Assembly: GCA_965248265.1 (NCBI GenBank)
Contig: CBDFJF010000002.1
Coordinates: forward strand, 672,001 to 736,000
Direction: 5' to 3'
Source: Candidatus Latescibacterota bacterium
Lineage (GTDB): Bacteria; Latescibacterota; UBA2968; UBA8231
DNA length: 64,000 bases
The notes below the pieces were generated by a model. That model did no database searches. It was not told the DNA's origin and worked only from the letters and a program-made list of their open reading frames with translations. Positions 10,101-19,521 of the stretch are shown piece by piece (the first letter of the stretch is position 1; each line of letters begins with the position of its first letter). Both the position numbers and the translations under genes were made by a program.

Positions 10101-11240
10101 TTACTTACACCGGCGGCGAGCCGTTGTGTAGTCGAGGACACCCAGCAGGGCCACGACCCCGGCACCCCCCACCAGCAGCTTCCCGGCGTCGGGAGGCGCC
10201 AATGTCAGCACGCCCAAAGCCAGAATACCCGTGAGAGCTACCATGCCGTAAATGACCAGAACCGCATTTCGTCTCGATAGCCCCAAGGTCACCAGTCGAT
10301 GGCTGACATGGTTGGTGTCTCCGAGCCATGGGGGTGTTCCCCGCCACAGGCGCGAGGCGACGACCGTTAGCTGATCGTATGCGGCCACCGAGAGCACGGA
10401 CAACGGTGCCAACAGACGTGGCCACTCGGAGGCCGCCGAGTCATTTAGGTGATGACTCAACAGGGTGGTCATGCCGGCCGCAGCGAAGCCGAGGAACAAG
10501 CCGCCCGCATCCCCCATGAAAATGCTGGCTCGCGGGAAATTGAAGAGCAGAAACCCGGCCGACGCTCCCGCCAGGGTCAACGACAGCAACATCGTCCCCA
10601 AGTGTGAAGTCCACAGGGCGATCACGCCGATGGAGGCAAACACGATGACGGACATGCCAGCTGCCAGGCCGTCCATGTTGTCGAGGAAGTTGAAGGCATT
10701 CGCCATCGCTACGATCCATACAATCGTTACCAGCGGCGCCAATAGCGGGATCGTCGGCGTCAATGGCAAGGTGAAACCCGGTATGCCCCAGGCAAGTGTA
10801 CTGGCTGCAACCAGCTGCACGATAAGCCGTACCAGCGGAGAGAGTCCGACCCAATCATCCGCGAGGCCAACCAGAAAAACGGCGCTGCCGCACAAGAACA
10901 GTGCCAGTGTCTGGGCGAAATGGGCGCTCTCCAGTCCAGAGACAAGGGCGAAAAAGGTACCGGGTGCCACCTGAGGGTCAGCGACCAGCGCGAGACCGAT
11001 CAGCGCCATGGCCCCCACGGCGGCACCACAATAGATGGCGATTCCGCCGCCGTACGGGACCGGATTCAGATGCGTCTTGTAGGCGCCCGCGTCCGGGTGG
11101 TCAACCAGCCCGAATCGCAGCGCCAAACGGCGCACCGCAGGGGTGGCGACCGCCGTGATCAGGGCGCCGCCGGCAACGATTGCCAGCATGACGTGCAGAG
11201 GGAGGATCAAAGCCTCGCGGTCTGGTAATTTGTCACACAA
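10101..11240 (-). CDS. Undecaprenyl-phosphate sugar-1-phosphate transferase (WecA/MraY, Glycos_transf_4 family)
   Basis: GLVDHP, PYGGG, VGLADD, NAFNFLDNMDGL, IFMGDAG, HVSHRL; polytopic membrane protein. Confidence 0.9.
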   Translation of the reverse strand: MCDKLPDREALILPLHVMLAIVAGGALITAVATPAVRRLALRFGLVDHPDAGAYKTHLNPVPYGGGIAIYCGAAVGAMALIGLALVADPQVAPGTFFALVSGLESAHFAQTLALFLCGSAVFLVGLADDWVGLSPLVRLIVQLVAASTLAWGIPGFTLPLTPTIPLLAPLVTIVWIVAMANAFNFLDNMDGLAAGMSVIVFASIGVIALWTSHLGTMLLSLTLAGASAGFLLFNFPRASIFMGDAGGLFLGFAAAGMTTLLSHHLNDSAASEWPRLLAPLSVLSVAAYDQLTVVASRLWRGTPPWLGDTNHVSHRLVTLGLSRRNAVLVIYGMVALTGILALGVLTLAPPDAGKLLVGGAGVVALLGVLDYTTARRRCK

Positions 11241-11280
11241 TCATCCGCCTTCCTGGGCCTATTTTGAGTAGATGTGTCGA

Positions 11281-11309
11281 TTGACACTCCACTCAAGCCC
11301 AAGTATTTT
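11281..11309 (+). promoter_or_regulatory. Putative sigma70 promoter
   Basis: TTGACA-17 bp-TATTTT upstream of the 1166-aa gene. Confidence 0.5.
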
Positions 11310-11363
11310 CACCACTGTCAAATACCGGTGTAAGCTCAAAGAAATTAGAAAGGTAGGACTTTT

Positions 11364-14300
11364 TTGCAACGACCGTTCAGGGCCCATGCCGCCCGCTTGG
11401 CTGGCATCTTCGGGGCGATTTCGTTCATCGGTATCGGAGCGATTGAAGCCCAGCAGAGCTTCTCCACCGACCACTACGTCATCAATTTCAACCCGGGAAC
11501 CGAGGGTACCGCCCGCCGTGTGGCCGAGGTTGCCGAGGAAGTTTTCCCGCACCTGGCCGCAGCCTACGACTACTACTCCGTCTACGAACCGATTTACATC
11601 AACGTTCTGGACAACACCGATTTCGGCAACGGCTCGGCAAACGAATACACCGGGACCGTGACGATCTGGGCTTCCAACCTGGACTGGGAAATTCGGGGCG
11701 ACCACGACTGGATCAAAAACGTGCTCACTCACGAAATCGCCCACATCATGACCCTGCAGCGGGCACGCAAGAACTGGCCGTTTCGCTATGCCCTGTTCTC
11801 GGTCTCGCGGTTCGACTCCAATCCCGACATCAGCTTTACTTTGCCCGTCTATTATTTGAGTACCCCGACGTGGTGGGTCGAGGGAATCGCCCAGTTTGCT
11901 CCCTATCAGCTGGGCTACGATTCCTGGGACTCCCACCGCGACATGATCCTGCGCATGTCCGTGATCGAGGACGATCTCCATACCTACAATGAAATGGGTA
12001 CTCTGCTCAACCGTCTGGGAGGGTACCGGGCGGAGCAGGTGTACAATCAGGGATTCGCTCTGCTCGTGTACATCGAGTCGCAATACGGAGCGGACAAGGT
12101 CGAGTCGCTGCAGAACCATGTCGGCAGCATCAGCTTCGAGCCAGCCATCCGTCAGGTTCTGGGTATCTCAGCTGAGCAGTTGTACGACGATTGGGTGACC
12201 CACTTGAAGGACTCGTACGCCCAGCAGGTCGCGGAAATTCGCAGAGACGGATTCTACGAGGGACAGGCTCTCGACGAACTCAACGGCGGTGTGTTGGACT
12301 ACCATCCCGCCTATTCACCCGACGGAACCAAGCTGGCCTACATCGGCACCAAGGATCGCGACTTCCGCAGCGCCCAGTTGCAGATCTACGACTTCGAGAC
12401 GGGGGAAGGGAAAGAACTCAAAGGCAGAGTAGATACCCGCATCTCCTGGTCCCCGGATGGTGAAGAGGTGTTGTTTCTGCGCAACAAGCGTGGATTCAAC
12501 GACTTGTACGTGTACAACATCGCCGAAGACGAGGAGCGGCGCATCACCGCCAGATTGCGTGCCCGCGACCCGAGCTACTCACCCGATGGAGATCGCATCG
12601 TCTTCGTCCGCAACGAGGATGGAACGAGCAATCTGTGCACGATCGATCACGATGGTAAGGGGCTGCGGTACCTGACCAACAACAACGATGGGACCCAGAT
12701 CTACGCGCCGCGATGGTCGCCCAACGGTGAGTGGATTCTGTTTTCCATCTTCAAAGGCGACGACCGCGACATCGCCATGATGCGAGCCGATTCGCCGCCT
12801 CGGGCCAAGAAATGGGGCATCCGCGATCGCACCGAGGTGCCGGATTCTCTCAACGTCTTTCCCGACAGTCTGGCTTTTCCGCATCCCGACACCTCCGGCT
12901 TCACCCCGATGCTGGCCTCGGTCAACGACGAGCGCGATCCGTACTGGCTGCCGGACGGCAGCGGCTTTGTCTTCGCGTCCGACCTGGGCGGAGTGTTCAA
13001 CATCCACCGGTATCGTCTGGAGTCCGGCACGGTGGATCGTCTCACCAACGTACTCGGAGGCGCCTTCACGCCGACCGTGTCAGCGGACGGAGACCGACTG
13101 ACGTATTCCAGCTATCACTCGAACAACTGGGAGCTGTTCGAGGTGGATCTGGAATCACGGGGTGACGGTGAACCGGTAACCTGGGATCCGCTGATCGCGC
13201 GCGACTACCAGAGCCGGTATGACGGTCCGCCCCTCTCGAAGGAGTACGACCTGGGGCGCGCCCGGGGCAAGCGGGTAGCGGATGTGATCCCGATCTTCCA
13301 AGCAGGTCCGACCGCAATCGGCAACCGTTTCGGTTTGAATCAAATCAGCGGCGGTTTCCAGGTGTCGGCTCGGCCCATTCTCTCCGGCGGCGATGCCCTT
13401 ACCGCCTGGGGTGTTCTCGGCAAAAACTTTCGCGAGGACACCGATTTGAACTCCGATTTCGGAGCCAGCTATCAGCGTCGTGTGTTCCCCGCAGCAGCCG
13501 GAAACCAGACCTTCCGCCCCTTGTTCTTTGCCGCAGTCCGGCGGCGTGAGATCGACTCGATCCAGAATGCGGTTACCCAGAACATCGCGGATACCTCGGC
13601 CACCGTGACCTTCTACCCGGTCGCCTCCGACACCTCCGACCTGCTCATTCCGGAGAGCACACAGTATTTCTACAGCCGCACAACGCAGAAGGATCTGCTC
13701 AAATCAGTGTTCAACACACTCTCTCTCGGGGTCCAGATGCCGCTGTCGCGCCGGCAGATGTTATTCGCCAGCTACCTGAACCGTGACTACATCGAAGACT
13801 GGTCCGTGCAGCGAGTCCGCCGGCAGACGGATATCTTTCTGGTGCAGGACGGGGTCGACATCACCCAGTCCCTGACATCGTCAGTGGTGCATGAGGACAC
13901 GGTGTTCATAGGTCGCAATGACCCTCTAAAGAGGTACAACGACCTGGAATTCTTTCACTCCCATGACCTGACGCTGGCCTGGCAATACCAGAATGTGAAG
14001 AGTTCGACCGACTTGCTGATAACACCGACAGGCAGGGGCGTCACGTTAATTTACCGCTACATGAAACCGACTCTCGTCGACTCCCTGTTACAGGCGACCC
14101 CGGTTGCCGGGGAAGTGCCCGGCGATGAATTCCTGCCGGTCAAAACGAGTTTCACCATTAACGAATATGTGGGAGCCTACACCGAGAGCATAGGTCTTCC
14201 GTATCACAACAGCATTTATCTCCAGGCCATCGGCGCTTACCGTAACCTTCGCTTGAAGCCGCGCGTTGCCGGCCCTGACGGGGGCATTTTTGAGGGTCGT

Positions 14301-14864
14301 TTCTACTGGCCTCTGCGCTACTGGATAGGAGGATCCAATTTTCTCAGCGGTTACCCCTTCTTCACCGCTAACGGGTCCAAGTTGCTCTATGGACGGGCTG
14401 CGTACCGCTTTCCGATCTTCCAGCGCCTGAACCTCGGATTCTTCAACTTCAACGCGGCCAAGCTCTACACCGAACTGTTCGCGGAAACCGCCGCGGTGGG
14501 CAACTCGAACAAACTCCACCTTGACGACTTCAGTACGGACGACTTTCTCTCCGATATCGGCGGGGAGCTGCGCCTGCAGCTGTTCACCTTCTACAACCTG
14601 CCGATGCAGGCGTTTTTTCAGGTCGCGCATCCGCTCAACCGCCAGCGTGAGCTCAACTGGCGCCAGTCGGATCGCTACCGGCAGTTGGGCTTCGTCAGTG
14701 TCCAGGCGGCACACCGGCGCCAGCAGGAGCTCCAGAGCAACCCTGCGCGGGACGCGACGGAGGAAGACGAACTGGATCGCCTGGACGCGGTCGATAGGTT
14801 TCCCCGCATCGATCGTTTCCGCTACTACTTCGGTCTGGGCTTCGTCAGCCGCGGACTATTTTGA
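11364..14864 (+). CDS. Outer-membrane protein: zinc-peptidase-like domain + TolB/PD40 beta-propeller + Omp85-like beta-barrel
   Basis: Signal peptide; THEIAH (HExxH) and PTWWVEG; repeated SPDG PD40 motifs; C-terminal amphipathic strands ending RYYFGLGF. Confidence 0.8.
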   Translation: MQRPFRAHAARLAGIFGAISFIGIGAIEAQQSFSTDHYVINFNPGTEGTARRVAEVAEEVFPHLAAAYDYYSVYEPIYINVLDNTDFGNGSANEYTGTVTIWASNLDWEIRGDHDWIKNVLTHEIAHIMTLQRARKNWPFRYALFSVSRFDSNPDISFTLPVYYLSTPTWWVEGIAQFAPYQLGYDSWDSHRDMILRMSVIEDDLHTYNEMGTLLNRLGGYRAEQVYNQGFALLVYIESQYGADKVESLQNHVGSISFEPAIRQVLGISAEQLYDDWVTHLKDSYAQQVAEIRRDGFYEGQALDELNGGVLDYHPAYSPDGTKLAYIGTKDRDFRSAQLQIYDFETGEGKELKGRVDTRISWSPDGEEVLFLRNKRGFNDLYVYNIAEDEERRITARLRARDPSYSPDGDRIVFVRNEDGTSNLCTIDHDGKGLRYLTNNNDGTQIYAPRWSPNGEWILFSIFKGDDRDIAMMRADSPPRAKKWGIRDRTEVPDSLNVFPDSLAFPHPDTSGFTPMLASVNDERDPYWLPDGSGFVFASDLGGVFNIHRYRLESGTVDRLTNVLGGAFTPTVSADGDRLTYSSYHSNNWELFEVDLESRGDGEPVTWDPLIARDYQSRYDGPPLSKEYDLGRARGKRVADVIPIFQAGPTAIGNRFGLNQISGGFQVSARPILSGGDALTAWGVLGKNFREDTDLNSDFGASYQRRVFPAAAGNQTFRPLFFAAVRRREIDSIQNAVTQNIADTSATVTFYPVASDTSDLLIPESTQYFYSRTTQKDLLKSVFNTLSLGVQMPLSRRQMLFASYLNRDYIEDWSVQRVRRQTDIFLVQDGVDITQSLTSSVVHEDTVFIGRNDPLKRYNDLEFFHSHDLTLAWQYQNVKSSTDLLITPTGRGVTLIYRYMKPTLVDSLLQATPVAGEVPGDEFLPVKTSFTINEYVGAYTESIGLPYHNSIYLQAIGAYRNLRLKPRVAGPDGGIFEGRFYWPLRYWIGGSNFLSGYPFFTANGSKLLYGRAAYRFPIFQRLNLGFFNFNAAKLYTELFAETAAVGNSNKLHLDDFSTDDFLSDIGGELRLQLFTFYNLPMQAFFQVAHPLNRQRELNWRQSDRYRQLGFVSVQAAHRRQQELQSNPARDATEEDELDRLDAVDRFPRIDRFRYYFGLGFVSRGLF

Positions 14865-14867
14865 CAG

Positions 14868-14996
14868 ATGGCACGAATCGATCTACGAAAACTGGCATTG
14901 CGGTTGAAGATCCTGGAGATGTTGAAGATCTACACCCGCCGCCGGCAACTGGAAGGAGCAACTGAGCATTGGCGCCGCACCGTACGTCCCAATTGA
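14868..14996 (+). CDS. Putative 42-aa basic small protein
   Basis: ATG 3 nt after the upstream stop; MARIDLRKLALRLKILEMLKIYTRRRQLEGATEHWRRTVRPN. Confidence 0.35.
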   Translation: MARIDLRKLALRLKILEMLKIYTRRRQLEGATEHWRRTVRPN

Positions 14997-15661
14997 AGCA
15001 AGCCAGAGTGCGGCGCTCTCCACTGAGCGCCAGACGATTCGTCCGATGGACTCCGTTGTGGCCGTGCGCGTTGTTCGCTGTGTTTTTCGCTATGATGATG
15101 GCCTGTGGCGATGAACCTCCAGCCGACGATTCACCGCCTGCCTCGCCCGACCCTGTTGATGCCGCACTCGCGGCCGGCTTCGCCGTCGACACGGTTGGCG
15201 TGCGCGATCTGGCTGAGGGGGATACCCTCAACCTGGACACGGGGCTGACCATCATCGAGTCAACGGTGAAATTCCCCGAGCGGGGAGAGGTTTTTGCCTG
15301 GGAGTTCAACGCCGAGACCATGAATCCGGTAAAGTTGCTGGTCGTGCGTTGGAAGGATTCCAGAGCCCGGCTGGAGCTCATAGGAGAGAGCCCGACGGTC
15401 ATTCCCGAACGGCTGGGGTTGAACAGGATTCAGCTGCCGGAGCCGATTCCGGTACGGCGGCGGGACATGATGGGAATCTACATGAAGGAGGCTGGCACAG
15501 TACCGTTTCTCAAAAAAACGAGCTGGAAGACCCTGATCATGCCGCGGCCTCTCGAGCGTCCGTACACGCGACGCGAACTCTTCACCATGTACGGCTGGCG
15601 TTACGGGTTCCGCACATTCTGGCGAAAGCCGAATGATTCCACCCAACAATCCATTCCGTAG
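14969..15661 (+). CDS. Hypothetical lipoprotein (start uncertain)
   Basis: Hydrophobic stretch ending MMA-C lipobox, followed by a beta-rich domain; AAGGAG upstream of the TTG. Confidence 0.6.
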   Translation: MAPHRTSQLKQARVRRSPLSARRFVRWTPLWPCALFAVFFAMMMACGDEPPADDSPPASPDPVDAALAAGFAVDTVGVRDLAEGDTLNLDTGLTIIESTVKFPERGEVFAWEFNAETMNPVKLLVVRWKDSRARLELIGESPTVIPERLGLNRIQLPEPIPVRRRDMMGIYMKEAGTVPFLKKTSWKTLIMPRPLERPYTRRELFTMYGWRYGFRTFWRKPNDSTQQSIP

Positions 15662-15685
15662 TAGCCCGTCCGGTCGTCCTGGGGG

Positions 15686-16273
15686 TTAACCGCTGTTTTC
15701 CACCGGGTCGTGGAGTGAGGTTTCCGACGATTCTTCCTCGATCGTACTGGGTTTGAACAGGAGCCACCCATATCCCACCGTCGAAACGATCAGCAATCCC
15801 GTCGTGATCGCGATCATCACCCCTTTGACGGCTTCCTCCTCAACCTGAATGACATGAGTCAACATGGTCAGCGCCATGCTGACGGTCGCGTACTTGCCCA
15901 ACCGAGAAGCCGACACCACGATGTGATGCTTCTTCAGCAATATCGTGCCGGCGGTGACGATGGCCAGGTCCCGCGCCACCTGGATCGCTAGCAACCAAAG
16001 GGGAAATTCCCTCCACCAGACCAACGCCGCACAGACGCCACCGATAAACAGCTTGTCGGCGACGGGATCCAGGATTTTGCCCAGCTGGCTGATTTGGCTC
16101 AGGCGGCGGGCCACGAAGCCGTCGAACAGATCGGTGGCCGCTGCGGCGATCAGCAGAAACAGAGTGAGATTTGAAAAGAAGGCAGAATCCGACGTCCCGG
16201 CGCCGCGGTAGATGCTGTAGATGGTGAGCGGTCCCAACAGGATCCGGAGTATACTCAGCGAGTTGGCAAGCAC
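15686..16273 (-). CDS. CDP-alcohol phosphatidyltransferase (PgsA-like)
   Basis: ANSLSILRI; TDLFDGFVARR...GKILDPVADK signature. GTG start at 16273, just after the recN stop. Confidence 0.9.
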   Translation of the reverse strand: MLANSLSILRILLGPLTIYSIYRGAGTSDSAFFSNLTLFLLIAAAATDLFDGFVARRLSQISQLGKILDPVADKLFIGGVCAALVWWREFPLWLLAIQVARDLAIVTAGTILLKKHHIVVSASRLGKYATVSMALTMLTHVIQVEEEAVKGVMIAITTGLLIVSTVGYGWLLFKPSTIEEESSETSLHDPVENSG

Positions 16274-16277
16274 ACCC

Positions 16278-17972
16278 CTACCTGAGCATTTCTTCGGCGT
16301 GCCGCCGCGCTGCCGGAGACACGGTCTCCCCACCCAGCAGGTGGGCGATTTCGTCGGAGCGCTCGCTCTCGTCTTCCAGCGGCAGAATCTCCGTGATGGT
16401 CCGGTTCTCAACCTGTCGCTTGCGCACGGAGAAGTGACGGTCTGCCCGGCTGGCGATCTGGGGAAGGTGGGTGATGGCGATGACCTGATGAGAGCGCGCA
16501 AGCACCTCGAGACGGCGTGCCACGGCGGCGGCGACCTTGCCGGAAATTCCCGCATCGATCTCGTCGAAGACGAGGATGGACACCTGATCGCGCTCGGCGA
16601 TGATCTGCTTGAGGGCCAGCATGATCCTGGAAATCTCACCGCCCGAGGCAATGCGTGCGAGCGGCCGCGGAGCTTCGCCCATATTGGCGGAGATCAGGAA
16701 CTGGACATCGTCCATGCCACCGGGGCCGGCTTGATAGCGGGCGTCGCCGTCCTCGATGAGGCCTCCGTCGTCGCGTACGCGGTCGATGTCGACGACGAAG
16801 GTGCAATTCTCCATGCCCAACTCGCTCAGCGCTTCCTCCACGGCACCTGTCAGCCCATCTGCCGCTGAGCGTCTCTTGGCTGACAGTGCCTGGCATCGCT
16901 GGGCGAATACGTGCAGCGATTTGTTGCGCCGGCTCTGCGCTTGCTCGAGGTCGGCTTCGAGGTCGTTGGCTCGGGTCTCAGCGTTCTCGAGTTGCTGCGC
17001 CAGGCTCAGCACGTCGTCCACCGTCGGACCGTATTTGCGCAGCAGACGTTGGAGCGTATCCAGCCGCTCGCGGGCATATTCCAGTCGTTGCGGGTCGGCG
17101 GTGAGTCCACTGGAGTAGTCACGCAGTCGCGCCGCCACATCCTCTACCCGAAAGAGCGTTTGCTCCAGTTCGTCGGCTCCTGGCTGCAGCTGGGGGTCCG
17201 TCGCGGCCAGATCGAGCAATTTGCGCCTGGCATTGCCTAGTTGGTCGAATAACGAGGAAGGCCCCTCATACAGAGAATCACACAACTCAGCGGCTCCCTC
17301 AGTCAAGGCGGCAAGGTTCGACAACACTGCGACCTCACGCTCAAGACTCTCCTCTTCTCCAGCTTCGGGAGCGAGTTGACGAATTTCCTGAAGCTGAAAA
17401 CCCCGCAGCTCTTCCTGCTGAAGGAGTGCATCGCGTTCGGTCACCAGGCGCTGGGTCAGGCGCTCCGATTCGTCGTAGTCACTGAAGGCCGCCGCAACCG
17501 TCTCGACTTGTGCAGTGAGCCCGCCGGATTCATCCACGAAACGGCCGTGCAGATCTGGTTGAAGAAGAGATTGGTGTTCATGCTGCCCGTGCAGGTCAGC
17601 CAACACGGTACCGATCTCGCGCAGCCTGCGTTGGGGGACGAGGGCGCCGTTGATGAAGGCGCGAGAACGGCCGGAGCGGATTTCTCGCCGCAAGATGAGT
17701 TGACCGTCCTCGAGATCGATGTCGAGTTGCGTCAGACGCTGTGCTGCCGGCGCGTTTTCATTGAACTCGAACAGGCCTTCGACGACACAACGCTCGGCAC
17801 CCGAGCGGACAGTTTCGGCAGCCACGGGCGCTCCCAATATCGATTGCAGCGCACCGATCAGAATCGATTTTCCAGCTCCAGTTTCGCCCGTGATGATATT
17901 GAGTCCAGTGCCAAGCTCAATGTCGGCGTTCTCGATCAGGGCGAAATTCTCAATGTGAAGACGGACAAGCAT
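16278..17972 (-). CDS. recN: DNA repair protein RecN
   Basis: TGETGAGKS, DLHGQHEHQ, coiled coils, ASGGEISR, FDEIDAGISG, ITHLPQIA. Confidence 0.97.
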   Translation of the reverse strand: MLVRLHIENFALIENADIELGTGLNIITGETGAGKSILIGALQSILGAPVAAETVRSGAERCVVEGLFEFNENAPAAQRLTQLDIDLEDGQLILRREIRSGRSRAFINGALVPQRRLREIGTVLADLHGQHEHQSLLQPDLHGRFVDESGGLTAQVETVAAAFSDYDESERLTQRLVTERDALLQQEELRGFQLQEIRQLAPEAGEEESLEREVAVLSNLAALTEGAAELCDSLYEGPSSLFDQLGNARRKLLDLAATDPQLQPGADELEQTLFRVEDVAARLRDYSSGLTADPQRLEYARERLDTLQRLLRKYGPTVDDVLSLAQQLENAETRANDLEADLEQAQSRRNKSLHVFAQRCQALSAKRRSAADGLTGAVEEALSELGMENCTFVVDIDRVRDDGGLIEDGDARYQAGPGGMDDVQFLISANMGEAPRPLARIASGGEISRIMLALKQIIAERDQVSILVFDEIDAGISGKVAAAVARRLEVLARSHQVIAITHLPQIASRADRHFSVRKRQVENRTITEILPLEDESERSDEIAHLLGGETVSPAARRHAEEMLR

Positions 17973-18272
17973 TTAGTCGTCGTCGGCCAGGTCGTCATCC
18001 TCGAACCCGCCCTGATCCTGGTCCAGGAACTCCAGGTCCATGTCGCCGCCCTGTTTCTTTACCAGAGCCTGCACCCGCTTGCGCGTTTCCTTGAGACGCA
18101 GAGCGCAGGCCCGGGATGCTGTAACCCCTCGCTCGAAAACCTCAAGAGATTCTTCAAGCGTCAGATCACCGGATTCCAGTCGCGTAACGCTGTCCTCCAG
18201 CTGCACCATGGCCTCCTCGAAAGACGGTGCCTGTGCGCCTTTGTCAGCGCCTGGGGATTTATTCCTGGCCAG
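17973..18272 (-). CDS. xseB: Exodeoxyribonuclease VII small subunit (probable CTG start)
   Basis: SFEEAM..LE...LESGDLTLEESL..FERG. The conserved SFEEA lies upstream of the first ATG; there is an in-frame CTG at 18272 with GGAGG 6 nt upstream. Confidence 0.9.
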   Translation of the reverse strand: MARNKSPGADKGAQAPSFEEAMVQLEDSVTRLESGDLTLEESLEVFERGVTASRACALRLKETRKRVQALVKKQGGDMDLEFLDQDQGGFEDDDLADDD

Positions 18273-19521
18273 GATTCACCTCCTCGACATTGCACAGGGC
18301 ATCGCCCTCGCTGAAACGCAACCGGATCTGTTCGCCGGTCTGCAGCTCCGCCGCTTTACGCAGCGGTTTGCCGTCGACGGCACGTTCACAGTAGGCAAAA
18401 CCCCGGCTCAAACCCGCCAGAGGGCTCAGACCCTGCAGTCGCAGGGCCGCTGTGTGAAACGAATGCGTTCTGGTCATGGCCGAACGGTCAAAACCGTCGA
18501 CCAGAGTTTCGCGCCTCTCGTCCAGGTACTGCGCTGCCTGGTCGAGGCGGTCCTTCAGTCGGCGCGCCAGCCAGGCTGGATCGGCATGCTCCAGGCGCAA
18601 CTGGAAATGCGCCAGACGGTTTGTAACGGCAGCCTGAAGGCGTCCGTGGAAGTCCGAAATTCGCTGTCGCAGGGCACCGTACTCCTGGGTGACGATCTCG
18701 GCTGCCGACGAGGGTGTCGGGGCGCGAACATCAGCCACGTAGTCGCAGATCGAAAAATCGATCTCATGGCCAACAGCTGAAACGACCGGAATCTTCGAGG
18801 CGTACACGGAGCGCGCGACAACCTCCTCATTGAAGGGCCAAAGGTCCTCCGCCGACCCACCTCCCCGTCCGACGATCAATATATCAGCCGCCGAGTGCTG
18901 GTTCAATTCCGCGATTGCGCGGGCGATGTCGAGGGCAGCAGTCGGCCCCTGTACCGTGGTTGGGCGGAGGATGATCTGTACACCTGGTGCGCGCCGCTGG
19001 ATGACATTGATGATGTCCCTGATCGCGGCGCCGGTTCGCGAAGTGACGACGCCAACCGTCCGTGGGAACGCAGGTAACGGCCGCTTGCGCTGCGGATCGA
19101 ACAGGCCGTCCTGATCAAGTCGAGCTCTCAGCTTTTCGAATGCCAGGGCTAACTCACCCACCCCGGCCGGCCGCATTTCGTAAACGAGAAACTGGTATCG
19201 CCCACCGCGTTCGTAGACGGAGATGTTGCCGAAGGCGAGGACCTTGGTCCCAGGCTCTGGCGCGAAGGACAACTGCTGCGCGTAGGAGCGGAACATGACC
19301 GCGCTCAGTTGGGAGTCGGGGTCGGTCAGGGTCAGGTAGCAGTGACCGGAAGCGGCACGACTGAAGTCCGAAAGCTCTCCAACCACCCAGCAAGCGGGCA
19401 ATGTCTCCTCCAGCAGGCTTTTCACCTGGGTGGTGATCTCGGAGACGGTGAGCGGGCCGTGGTCGCGGACCCCCTCCTCATCATCAGACGGCGGAGGAGG
19501 AGCAAACAAGTCGAGCGTCAT
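18259..19521 (-). CDS. xseA: Exodeoxyribonuclease VII large subunit
   Basis: SGHCYLTL, TGAAIRDI, VGRGGGSAEDL, AVGHEID, RAPTPSSAAE. Confidence 0.97.
   Translation of the reverse strand: MTLDLFAPPPPSDDEEGVRDHGPLTVSEITTQVKSLLEETLPACWVVGELSDFSRAASGHCYLTLTDPDSQLSAVMFRSYAQQLSFAPEPGTKVLAFGNISVYERGGRYQFLVYEMRPAGVGELALAFEKLRARLDQDGLFDPQRKRPLPAFPRTVGVVTSRTGAAIRDIINVIQRRAPGVQIILRPTTVQGPTAALDIARAIAELNQHSAADILIVGRGGGSAEDLWPFNEEVVARSVYASKIPVVSAVGHEIDFSICDYVADVRAPTPSSAAEIVTQEYGALRQRISDFHGRLQAAVTNRLAHFQLRLEHADPAWLARRLKDRLDQAAQYLDERRETLVDGFDRSAMTRTHSFHTAALRLQGLSPLAGLSRGFAYCERAVDGKPLRKAAELQTGEQIRLRFSEGDALCNVEEVNPGQE

Noticed and set aside
16274-16651. N-terminal extensions in the ORF track for the pgsA-like gene, and likewise rpmI, hslU, thyA, the SDR at 52168 and the kinase at 61307
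   Set aside because: They overlap neighbouring genes or promoters and lack family similarity; downstream starts fit known protein lengths.
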